Shown here: positions 18,242 to 24,553 of the stretch, in pieces
Layout: every line of letters starts with the position of its first letter
How positions within the stretch are numbered: the stretch's first letter is position 1
DNA from: Schaalia odontolytica
GTDB taxonomy: Bacteria > Actinomycetota > Actinomycetes > Actinomycetales > Actinomycetaceae
Length of the DNA: 32,000 nt
Direction of reading: 5' to 3'
NCBI RefSeq assembly: GCF_005696695.1
Contig: NZ_CP040006.1
Location: 1,680,001-1,712,000, forward strand
The notes under the pieces: generated by a model
What the model was told of the DNA's origin: nothing
Database searches by the model: none
What the model saw: only the letters and a program-made list of their open reading frames with translations
Translations under genes and position numbers: made by a program

Positions 18242-18651
18242 CGATGAATGATCTTCTGCTCGGTCTCCACACTGACCCATTCCTGACGACGGTCGTCGTC
18301 GGTCTGGTCTGGCCGATGGTACAGGCCGCGCTCGACCGTCCGTACTGGACTCCCGCGCGCCGTAAGGCGCTGCTCGCCGTCGTCGCGGTCATCGTCTCTC
18401 TCGCTGTCTGGGTGTCCGGTACCTATCCGGCGACCTGGCGGCTGCTCATCGCCCAGGCTGGCGTTTTCCTGGGCATCGCCTGGAGTGTGTTCCAGGTGCT
18501 CTCCGCGATCCGTATTAACGGCGTGACACTGATTGACTGGGTAGGCGCGCTGACTCCCGGCGGCGAGTCCATCGAGGAAGTTCGCGCTACCGCTGATGCT
18601 GTCCCTTCGACCCGGGTAGTTGACGGGGCCTCGCAGGCCAGCCGTGACTGA
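18238..18651 (+). CDS. Holin (three predicted TM segments)
   Basis: 137 aa with an ATGA overlap to the endolysin. Hydrophobic segments are FLTTVVVGLVWPMVQAAL, ALLAVVAVIVSLAVWVSG and LLIAQAGVFLGIAWSVFQVLSAI. Confidence 0.7.
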   Translation: MTMNDLLLGLHTDPFLTTVVVGLVWPMVQAALDRPYWTPARRKALLAVVAVIVSLAVWVSGTYPATWRLLIAQAGVFLGIAWSVFQVLSAIRINGVTLIDWVGALTPGGESIEEVRATADAVPSTRVVDGASQASRD

Positions 18652-19183
18652 ACTGCTCGCAGACCCCAAAGTAACGGATGCTCTGGCCGCGCTCGTCGTC
18701 GCGATCCTCGTCGCGATGACGGGCATCGTCGCCCTGGCCGCAAGCCAGGTGCGCCGATGGATGGACGCGAAATTCGCGCACGTCCTCGTGGGCGTCGAGG
18801 AAGCCAGAGCAGCCGCCCGCTCGGCGGACGCGCAGGTCTCCAACGATCACGACACCAACATCAGGGATGACTTGGACCGCGCGATCGAGACAGTGCGCGC
18901 TGTGTCGGATCAGATCGGTGAGTTGACAGGTCACGTCGGCACGCTCGCCGATCAGCTGGGCCGCGTCGAGACGACGCTCAGCAATCACGGCAAGAGCCTC
19001 GAAGCCGTCGAATCTCGCGTCGGAAGGATCGACGAACGAGGCGGTCGAATGGCCGAAGAGATCCACGACGAGCGCGTCGCTAGAGAGGCCGCTCAGCGGA
19101 CAATCGACGAGCACTCGCACGACGCGCACGCGCGCCTGCACGAGCGACTCGACAAACTCGAAGAGAGGATGAACGAACAGTGA
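18644..19183 (+). CDS. Membrane-anchored coiled-coil protein (lysis accessory / second holin-like)
   Basis: The track ORF starts at TTG 18620. GTG 18644 overlaps the holin stop and is the likelier start. It has one N-terminal TM segment (ALAALVVAILVAMTGIVALAA) followed by about 130 aa of heptad-like charged helix. Confidence 0.55.
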   Translation: MTELLADPKVTDALAALVVAILVAMTGIVALAASQVRRWMDAKFAHVLVGVEEARAAARSADAQVSNDHDTNIRDDLDRAIETVRAVSDQIGELTGHVGTLADQLGRVETTLSNHGKSLEAVESRVGRIDERGGRMAEEIHDERVAREAAQRTIDEHSHDAHARLHERLDKLEERMNEQ

Positions 19184-19587
19184 CCACGACTATTTCGGGC
19201 ACTGTCGGCAGGCTTGACGGCGCTCCCGAGCCGCAGGCCTACATCGTCGCTACGCTCGCGGGGACAGGTGAGAATCTCGCTGTCCTCGCGGGCGGGCCGG
19301 TGGCCCGGCAGGCCGACGTGCGAGGGCAGATAGTCCTCCCGCTTGACATCCACACGGAGACGCAGGTGCATCTGCGTCTCGCAATCCCCGGTCGCACCCT
19401 CCGCGAAGCGACCGTGTCCCTGCGCCCGGGCGTGGCTTACGACCTGGCGCAGATCTTCTCCGGCGCCGCGTCGCCGACCCCGTCTCCCGCGCCTGTCCCT
19501 GGTATGGGCGGCGTCGAGATCTCCGGCGACGGAGACACCCTCACCCTGGACGGAACGCTCTACGGCGATATATACGACACACTCTAG
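19180..19587 (+). CDS. Hypothetical protein, possibly prealbumin/CarboxypepD_reg-like beta-sandwich
   Basis: 135 aa with a GTGA overlap. The N-terminus TISGTVGRLDGAPEPQAYIV resembles the start of carboxypeptidase-regulatory-like domains. This is a weak, motif-only call. Confidence 0.5.
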   Translation: MTTTISGTVGRLDGAPEPQAYIVATLAGTGENLAVLAGGPVARQADVRGQIVLPLDIHTETQVHLRLAIPGRTLREATVSLRPGVAYDLAQIFSGAASPTPSPAPVPGMGGVEISGDGDTLTLDGTLYGDIYDTL

Positions 19588-19602
19588 ATCGGAGCCTGAC
19601 CT

Positions 19603-20772
19603 ATGGCAGCACGACCGACGCTCTACACGAAGCAGGGCACCGATAAGGCGATCGCGCGAGCAGTCGCACCGCTCGCAACAAAGTCGGAGCTCTCCGGCTA
19701 TGCGACGAAGTCAGAGGTAGCGACAGCCGCCGCAGGCGGCAGAGTCGATCTTACCGACTACGCGAAGAAGGCCGAACTGCGGGGCCTCGCGACCCGCGAG
19801 GAACTGTCCGGATACGCGACCACTCGCCAGGTCGCCGACCTCGCCACCCGCGCAGACCTCACGGCCTACGCGACGAAGGACGAGGTCGCCGGAATCGCCA
19901 AGCGCTCCGACCTGACCGGCCTCGCGACAAAGTCGGAGCTATCCGGCTACGCGACGAAGGGCGATGTCGCGGGCGTCGCACACGCCTCGGACCTGACCGG
20001 CCTTGCCACCAAGGCCGAGCTGCAGGCCGCGCTCACAGGCGTCGGCATCACTGTCGTCGCCACCGAGGCCGAAGCTCAGCGCCTGCCCGACGGCGCGCTG
20101 TACTTCCTTGCCGCCGCAGCGTCGCCCGCGCAGCCGCCGACCCCGACCCCAGGCCCCGCGCCCGCCGCCGGCCCCACCGTCGTCGGCCACGCCTCGGGCT
20201 CCGTTGTCGGACAGACAATCACCGTCAAACTCGACGGCAAGGCAGGCGACAAGATCATCCTGGGCATCAACGAGAAGGCTCAAGGCGTTCGCGCGACCGT
20301 GAGCCTCCCGCAGGGCTGGACGACCCTCGTCGATCCGTACTGGGTCGGCACGATGAGCGCGACCATCATCACCGGCCCCTGGGCACCAACGATCACGATC
20401 ACGATGTCTCAAAACGCCGAGATCGGATGGGCAGCAGCAGCAGTACGCGGGGCCTCCCGCATCGAAGCCGGCACCGTCAAGAAACGCCAGGCCGAACCTA
20501 TCGAAACAAAGACCTGCACCGCGCCCGCGCTCGCGGGCACGGGTCTCGCGCTCGGCTTCACTTTCGAGCGCACGAGTGCGGGCGAAACTTCGGACCAGGT
20601 CACGGTCTCGGAGGGCTGGGAAAAGCTGGCATTCGCAGCTCAGGACGGTCTGAATTATCAGACTGTGACGCTTGCGAAGCGAACCGCAGCCGCTCCCGCC
20701 GACCTCATTGTCACATACCCAAACGTGCAGGGGTCGAACGGCATCGGCGTGCAGGTGGTCGCCCGTGGATGA
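19603..20772 (+). CDS. Fibre-like protein: 12 x 9-residue repeats plus a beta-rich C-terminal domain
   Basis: 389 aa. Residues 25-143 are units of A-T-K-x-E/D-L/V-x-G-Y/L (ATKSELSGY, ATREELSGY, ATKDEVAGI...). A Pro-rich linker and a C-terminal domain of about 200 aa follow. Confidence 0.7.
   Translation: MAARPTLYTKQGTDKAIARAVAPLATKSELSGYATKSEVATAAAGGRVDLTDYAKKAELRGLATREELSGYATTRQVADLATRADLTAYATKDEVAGIAKRSDLTGLATKSELSGYATKGDVAGVAHASDLTGLATKAELQAALTGVGITVVATEAEAQRLPDGALYFLAAAASPAQPPTPTPGPAPAAGPTVVGHASGSVVGQTITVKLDGKAGDKIILGINEKAQGVRATVSLPQGWTTLVDPYWVGTMSATIITGPWAPTITITMSQNAEIGWAAAAVRGASRIEAGTVKKRQAEPIETKTCTAPALAGTGLALGFTFERTSAGETSDQVTVSEGWEKLAFAAQDGLNYQTVTLAKRTAAAPADLIVTYPNVQGSNGIGVQVVARG
19675..20031 (+). 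repeat. 27-bp periodic coding repeat array (about 12 units, one with a 33-bp insertion)
   Basis: The DNA units are degenerate. Units 1 and 9 are near-identical (gcaacaaagtcggagctctccggctat / gcgacaaagtcggagctatccggctac). Confidence 0.8.
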
Positions 20773-21646
20773 GCTGACAATCTATCGCCGTCGCCGCGAC
20801 GGAGGTGACGTGCCCGGGGTCGTCCGTCGCCGCCGCCGCGACGGAGGGGATCTTCTCCTGCGTCGACGTGAGGCGACGACTCCGGTCACGCCGGCCTCGA
20901 CGGACGTCGTCGAGCAATTCCTCAAGCAGCGGCCCTTCTACATCGCCCATAGGATGAGCGGAACAGAATACCCGGAGTTCACGCAGCGGGGTCTTGATGC
21001 TTCGCTGCGCGCGGGCTTCAAGGCGCTGGAGGTCTCCGTCCGGCTCTGCGCCCGGGGGCAGCACGGAGAGCCTGCCGAGTTCGTCGCGATCCACGATTGG
21101 AAAACGACAAGAACTGTGCCGGGCACGGATCTCCCGATCTGGTCTACTCCCTGGAGCACGCTCCGGACACTCCAGCAGGGGACCGGGCCGTTTATGCGAC
21201 TGCGGGACATCGTTGACCAGATCCCGGATGACGTGGTCCTCGCGATCGACCACAAGACAACGTCATCTGAGGATCAGCGGAACGCTGCTGATTTGCAGGC
21301 TGAGGAGCAGTTGTTCGAGTATCTGGACACCGCGTTCGGCGGGCATCCCGAGCGTCGCGTGATCTGGAAAGTCTTTGCGAAGGGAACGAGCGCGGCCCGC
21401 GCGAAAGCGCGCGGTTACCGCACTATGGCGATGCTGTACCCTGCCGAAGTCCCCGCGGCGCCCCTCGGCTCTTGGGACGTGATCGGTATGGAGTGGTCCG
21501 CGTCTGCCGACGTCTGGAACCGCATCAACGCAACCGGGAAACCGACGATCGCGCACATCATCACCAACGAGGGACAGGCGCGCGCAGCGCTCGAAAAGGG
21601 AGCGTCCGGCCTCATGGCTTCGTTCCCATCTCGCGTGCATCCGTAG
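20765..21646 (+). CDS. GDPD-like (PLC-like) phosphodiesterase
   Basis: FYIAHRMSGTEYPEFTQRGLDASLRAGFKALEVSVRL....FVAIHDW follows the GDPD pattern HR..-E.T-..E.D..-HD, but Ser replaces the usual metal-binding Asp (EVSV). The start is uncertain: GTG 20765 overlaps the upstream stop, GTG 20810 is the alternative, and the track start 20672 overlaps the previous gene by 100 nt. Confidence 0.6.
   Translation: MDELTIYRRRRDGGDVPGVVRRRRRDGGDLLLRRREATTPVTPASTDVVEQFLKQRPFYIAHRMSGTEYPEFTQRGLDASLRAGFKALEVSVRLCARGQHGEPAEFVAIHDWKTTRTVPGTDLPIWSTPWSTLRTLQQGTGPFMRLRDIVDQIPDDVVLAIDHKTTSSEDQRNAADLQAEEQLFEYLDTAFGGHPERRVIWKVFAKGTSAARAKARGYRTMAMLYPAEVPAAPLGSWDVIGMEWSASADVWNRINATGKPTIAHIITNEGQARAALEKGASGLMASFPSRVHP
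20788..20847 (+). repeat. Two hairpin-forming direct repeats CCGTCGC(C/CGCCGCC)GCGACGGAGG
   Basis: Copies at 20788-20805 and 20824-20847. Each contains the inverted arms CCGTCGC/GCGACGG. In frame they encode RRRRDGG and RRRRRDGG. Confidence 0.7.
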
Positions 21647-21653
21647 CCGATGC

Positions 21654-21692
21654 AGAAGGCCCCACCACCCAGAATGGGCGGTGGGGCCTTCT
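21654..21692. terminator. Bidirectional stem-loop terminator between convergent genes
   Basis: A perfect 13-bp stem, AGAAGGCCCCACC / GGTGGGGCCTTCT, whose loop can extend the stem by a further CCC/GGG. It sits in the 65-nt gap between the GDPD-like gene (+) and the integrase gene (-). Confidence 0.7.
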
Positions 21693-21711
21693 CTTATGCG
21701 TTGAGACGGCC

Positions 21712-22869
21712 TTACGTGAGGACATGTGAGTCCATACGCGCTGCCAGGGCCGCGTCGCGCTCGCGGGTCGCATGCTGATAACGCAGGGCGACATCGACAT
21801 CACTGTGCCCGCCCCGGTGGAGCAGCTCGGCGAGAGTGGCGCCCTGCTGTGCGAAGATCGTGAGGCCAGTGTGCCGCAGATCGTGGAACTTGAACCAGGG
21901 GATGCCCGCGTCCTCGCGGGCGCGCTCCCAGGCTCCGCGCAGGCTATTAGGATGCAGGGGCAGGCGCGGGGATCGCTCGGAGGATAGGAGCCAGGCCGTG
22001 CCCGCAGGCGCGACGTAGGACTCAAGATGAGTGCGCAGAGCTGGGACTAGCGACGCGGGGATGACGATCTCGCGGACGCCGGCGGCGCTCTTCGGAGGTA
22101 GCTCGACCGGCCCCTCGCCTGTCAGGTACTGAACCTGGCGCTCGATACGGAGAGTCGCAGGAGTGGAGTCGAGGTCGAAGTCGCGCCGCTGCAGGCCGGT
22201 CAACTCGCCGAGCCTCGTCTGGCACCATGCAGCGAGCAGGACGGCGATGCGCAGCCGCGCGGGCATCGCGTCGGCGGCTGCGCGGACCTCCTCGGGGGTC
22301 GCGACTTGCCGCTCACGCTCGCGCACGGGCCGATGCTTCTGACCACCGGGAACCTTGCACGGGCTCGCCGCGATGACGCCGGCTTTCACCGCGGCGTTCA
22401 TGCATACAGATAGGGTCATGTAGATCGGGCGCACGACGCCCGGCCCCTTCGCATCCCAGATCCGCTGGTACCAAGCGTCGACATCCTCGACGCTGATCGC
22501 CCCGAGCGGCTTCGCGCCAAAGACCGGGACGAGCTGCCTCATCCGATAGGTATGCGTCTCGATGGTCTTAGGGGTGCGGCCCAGTCGCTCGAGCGACGCG
22601 AGCCACCTCTCCGACCACGCCGCGAAAGTGATAGCCGCGCGCTCGGCGGCGACCTCCTGCGCGCGATCGCGCTCGCGGCTCTCCTTCGGACTGACCCAGG
22701 TGCCCTCGCTAATCTCGGCCTCGACGTGTGCGAGGAAAGCACTAGCGTCGACCTTGCGAACGAATGAGCGCCCGGCGGTGTACTTGCCGCCGTCGGGGCC
22801 TGTGTACCGGACCTCGAAGCGTCCGCTGCGGGCTTTCCGGATCGAGCCGAAGGCCCTCCGTCCGCTCAT
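21712..22869 (-). CDS. int: Tyrosine integrase with N-terminal arm-binding-type domain
   Basis: 385 aa. The C-terminus HDLRHTGLTIFAQQGATLAELLHRGGHSDVDVALRYQH carries the H-x-x-R ... H ... Y catalytic signature. The N-terminus FGSIRKARSGRFEVRYTGPDG is typical of phage integrase arm-binding domains. RBS AGGAGG lies 5 nt upstream. Confidence 0.95.
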   Translation of the reverse strand: MSGRRAFGSIRKARSGRFEVRYTGPDGGKYTAGRSFVRKVDASAFLAHVEAEISEGTWVSPKESRERDRAQEVAAERAAITFAAWSERWLASLERLGRTPKTIETHTYRMRQLVPVFGAKPLGAISVEDVDAWYQRIWDAKGPGVVRPIYMTLSVCMNAAVKAGVIAASPCKVPGGQKHRPVRERERQVATPEEVRAAADAMPARLRIAVLLAAWCQTRLGELTGLQRRDFDLDSTPATLRIERQVQYLTGEGPVELPPKSAAGVREIVIPASLVPALRTHLESYVAPAGTAWLLSSERSPRLPLHPNSLRGAWERAREDAGIPWFKFHDLRHTGLTIFAQQGATLAELLHRGGHSDVDVALRYQHATRERDAALAARMDSHVLT

Positions 22870-23009
22870 GCCTGCCTCCTAGATCGGGAAGTGGCGCAGC
22901 ATCTTTTTCCACTGTCTGCGCCACGCCTGCGCCACTAGCAATGCTACATCGTGATGCATCCTGATACATGGGAGAGAGTGGGACGAGGGAGCGAAAAGCG
23001 CGCGAGGGC

Positions 23010-23044
23010 AACGAAAACCCCGGAATCTCAACGAGACTCCGGGG
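23010..23044 (-). terminator. Canonical intrinsic terminator just downstream of the tRNA-like 3' end
   Basis: The minus strand reads CCCCGGAGTCTC-GTT-GAGATTCCGGGG, a 12-bp stem with one G-U pair and a 3-nt loop, followed by TTTTCGTT. Confidence 0.7.
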
Positions 23045-23050
23045 TGTGTG

Positions 23051-23072
23051 TGGAGATGGGGGGAATCGAACC
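23051..23072 (-). other. attP core candidate: mimic of the 3' end of a tRNA or tmRNA (T-loop plus acceptor 3' strand); not a complete RNA gene
   Basis: The minus strand reads GGTTCGATTCCCCCCATCTCCA. Upstream sequence gives no matching T-stem, and no 5' acceptor strand (GGAGATG/GGGGATG) occurs within about 450 nt. It lies next to int and is flanked by the 8-mer repeats. Confidence 0.55.
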
Positions 23073-23139
23073 GAAGGCCCCTAATCGCGCCCGAAAGTGC
23101 GCGCGCGGGTCATCGTGCGCCACTACAGCACCACAAAGT

Positions 23140-23601
23140 TTAGCGGAAAATGCGGCCCCAGCCGCCGGGCTTCGGGGCGGGCTGCTGAGGCATGCCGGTC
23201 CAGTGGGCAGGAGCGGGCGGGGCTGCGGGCGCAGGCTGAGACTGTGCGGCCTTCACGGCGGCACGGGTGTGTGCAACGAAGCGCATCAGTCCATCGACGG
23301 CTTTGCGCTCGAAATGGAGAGTCAGCAGCGCTTGCCGCGTCTCGATCATGAGCCACTTATCCCCGCCGCTCCTCTTCTTCGCAGCAAACGCGAGGATGCC
23401 GAGCGTGACGAGGCGCGTCGCAGTCACGCGCGCCTGCATGGCCTCGCCGTCCTCGACCTCGACGCTGACGACGTCGGTTAGAGGGATCCGCTGGATTGCC
23501 TCGCCGCGTCGCTTTGAGTCGTAGAGCAGCTCGGTGTCGGTGCAGATGATCTCAGCGGGGTCGGATGAGTAGAGGCGGAAAGCGCCTTTAGGGCGGTGCA
23601 T
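23140..23601 (-). CDS. Small PH-like (bacterial pleckstrin-homology-like) protein with Pro-rich tail; lysogeny-module cargo
   Basis: 153 aa with RBS GGAGGAG. The pattern AEIICTDTELLY...IQRIPLTDVVSVEVEDG....LVTLGILAFAAKKRS..DKWLMIET...LTLHFER resembles bPH/GRAM-like folds. The C-terminus is PAPAAPPAPAHWTGMPQQPAPKPGGWGRIFR. The domain call comes from pattern only. Confidence 0.6.
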   Translation of the reverse strand: MHRPKGAFRLYSSDPAEIICTDTELLYDSKRRGEAIQRIPLTDVVSVEVEDGEAMQARVTATRLVTLGILAFAAKKRSGGDKWLMIETRQALLTLHFERKAVDGLMRFVAHTRAAVKAAQSQPAPAAPPAPAHWTGMPQQPAPKPGGWGRIFR

Positions 23602-23665
23602 AGCTCCTCCTTTGAGTGCGACCTACCTATATGGGCAGTCTACAGCTCGCACGAGGACGTGGAGG

Positions 23666-23932
23666 CTATTCCGGAGAGGCTTCGTCCGCGAGGCGGCGCT
23701 CCGCCTCGGCAGCTACATCGGAGCCACTGACTCCGAGAGCTTCGCACATCGCACCGAAGTCGCTCATCGTACAAACAGTGTCGCCCGCGAAGATCTTGTA
23801 ACAGCGCGCGCGAGTGATGCCGGCCCGCTCGGCCAGGCGGTCGATAGTCAGGTCCAGACTTTGCAGACGCTCCTTGAGTACAGCTAAGACAGCGCGTTCA
23901 AAGGGACTCGATTTAAGAGATCTGCTTCCCAT
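23666..23932 (-). CDS. XRE-family HTH immunity repressor (CI-like)
   Basis: HTH LTIDRLAERAGITRARCYKIFAG. It is divergent from a Cro-like gene across an AT-rich operator region. The track ORF starts at GTG 23968 but that extension runs over operator O1, so ATG 23932 (88 aa, near-leaderless) is preferred. Confidence 0.75.
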   Translation of the reverse strand: MGSRSLKSSPFERAVLAVLKERLQSLDLTIDRLAERAGITRARCYKIFAGDTVCTMSDFGAMCEALGVSGSDVAAEAERRLADEASPE

Positions 23933-23944
23933 GAGGTAAGCATA

Positions 23945-24034
23945 TCTACTTTTGTAGACCCATGTCACATGAAAACGAGTTGCAAAATCTCTATTTGTAG
24001 ACTTATATAGCAGTCATTGGTCTACAAATGTAGA
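23945..24034. promoter_or_regulatory. Operator set of the genetic switch: three copies of TTTGTAGAC/GTCTACAAA
   Basis: O1 TCTACTTTTGTAGAC at 23945-23959, O2 TTTGTAGAC at 23994-24002, and O3 the palindrome TCTACAAATGTAGA at 24021-24034 (GTCTACAAA at 24020-24028). The 115-bp intergenic region is conspicuously AT-rich. A partial copy, GTCTACA, lies at 23638-23644. Confidence 0.65.
23980..24009 (+). promoter_or_regulatory. Candidate early rightward promoter (PR-like)
   Basis: -35 TTGCAA (23980-23985) and -10 TATATA (24004-24009, 18-nt spacer) or TTATAT (17-nt spacer). O2 lies in the spacer and O3 just downstream. Confidence 0.5.
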
Positions 24035-24047
24035 AAGGAACCATGAG

Positions 24048-24371
24048 ATGACGGTCGCAGCCGTAATCAAGAGCATGGCCCGTGAGCTGGGCATCTCTCA
24101 GACAGAGCTTGCTGCCCGCGCTCGTATGAGCCGCGCGAGCCTGTCCCTCAAGCTCAACGAGCGCCGAGATCTGACCTTGCCGGAAGTTGAGAGGCTCGCA
24201 GCAGTGCTCGGCACGTCCGTCCGCGAGCTCCTCGACCAAGTCGAGCGCACCACCGAGACAGCACCCGCGCCCGATAAATCGCGAGGCTATGCAATCGCCG
24301 ATAAGGCGACCGGCGTCGTGATCCTCCAGGCCTCGCACGGAAGCATCTACGACGAGGACATCCCGGCATGA
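24048..24371 (+). CDS. XRE-family HTH protein (Cro-like early regulator)
   Basis: 107 aa. HTH ISQTELAARARMSRASLSLKLNERRDLTLPEVERLAAVLG. RBS AAAGGA upstream. It is the first gene of the rightward operon. Confidence 0.75.
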   Translation: MTVAAVIKSMARELGISQTELAARARMSRASLSLKLNERRDLTLPEVERLAAVLGTSVRELLDQVERTTETAPAPDKSRGYAIADKATGVVILQASHGSIYDEDIPA

Positions 24372-24553
24372 GCGCCGTCGTCGCAGTGACCATCGGCCTA
24401 GTTCTCGCGGTCGCCGCAATACCTGTCATCGTCTGCGTCGTATACCTCACCGGTATCTACGCAGGGGATGCGCTCGACCGCCTCGTTTGTATGGGCCTCG
24501 ACGCGGGTGATCGGATCGCCGAAATGATCGATGGGGAGGTGCCCGGGAAATGA
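24368..24553 (+). CDS. Small membrane protein (61 aa)
   Basis: ATGA overlap with the upstream gene. The N-terminal hydrophobic stretch is SAVVAVTIGLVLAVAAIPVIVCVVYLTGIY. Confidence 0.55.
   Translation: MSAVVAVTIGLVLAVAAIPVIVCVVYLTGIYAGDALDRLVCMGLDAGDRIAEMIDGEVPGK

Larger units (their letters stand above)
22891..23123. repeat. Four clustered copies of the 8-mer TGCGCCAC (candidate integrase arm-type sites)
   Basis: Direct copies at 22917-22924, 22928-22935 and 23116-23123, and an inverted copy at 22891-22898. They lie on both sides of the att core. 22891-22899 and 22916-22924 also form a 9-bp inverted repeat. Confidence 0.55.

Noticed and set aside
19584-19592. CTAGATCGG, shared between the 19587/19603 gene junction and the region just upstream of int (22879-22887).
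   Set aside because: It is a single 9-mer pair with no shared flanking context or structure, which is compatible with chance.
19675-20031. Periodic 27-bp repeats that might be a CRISPR array or a non-coding tandem repeat.
   Set aside because: There are no spacers, the units are degenerate and in frame throughout a 389-aa ORF with an RBS. It is a coding repeat.
23051-23135. A complete tRNA gene on the minus strand next to the integrase.
   Set aside because: Only the T-loop and 3' acceptor strand are present. The five bases 5' of the T-loop (TTCGG) do not pair with CCCCC. No GGAGATG/GGGGATG 5' acceptor strand occurs upstream, and the candidate anticodon-like hairpin has an 8-nt loop. I interpret it as an attP core fragment; tRNAscan-SE/ARAGORN should confirm.
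23933-23968. GTG 23968 as the repressor start (the 100-aa version in the track).
   Set aside because: The 12 extra codons (TWVYKSRYAYL) are simply the translation of operator O1 and the AT-rich promoter region. ATG 23932 gives a compact HTH protein. This is not excluded, and N-terminal mapping would settle it.
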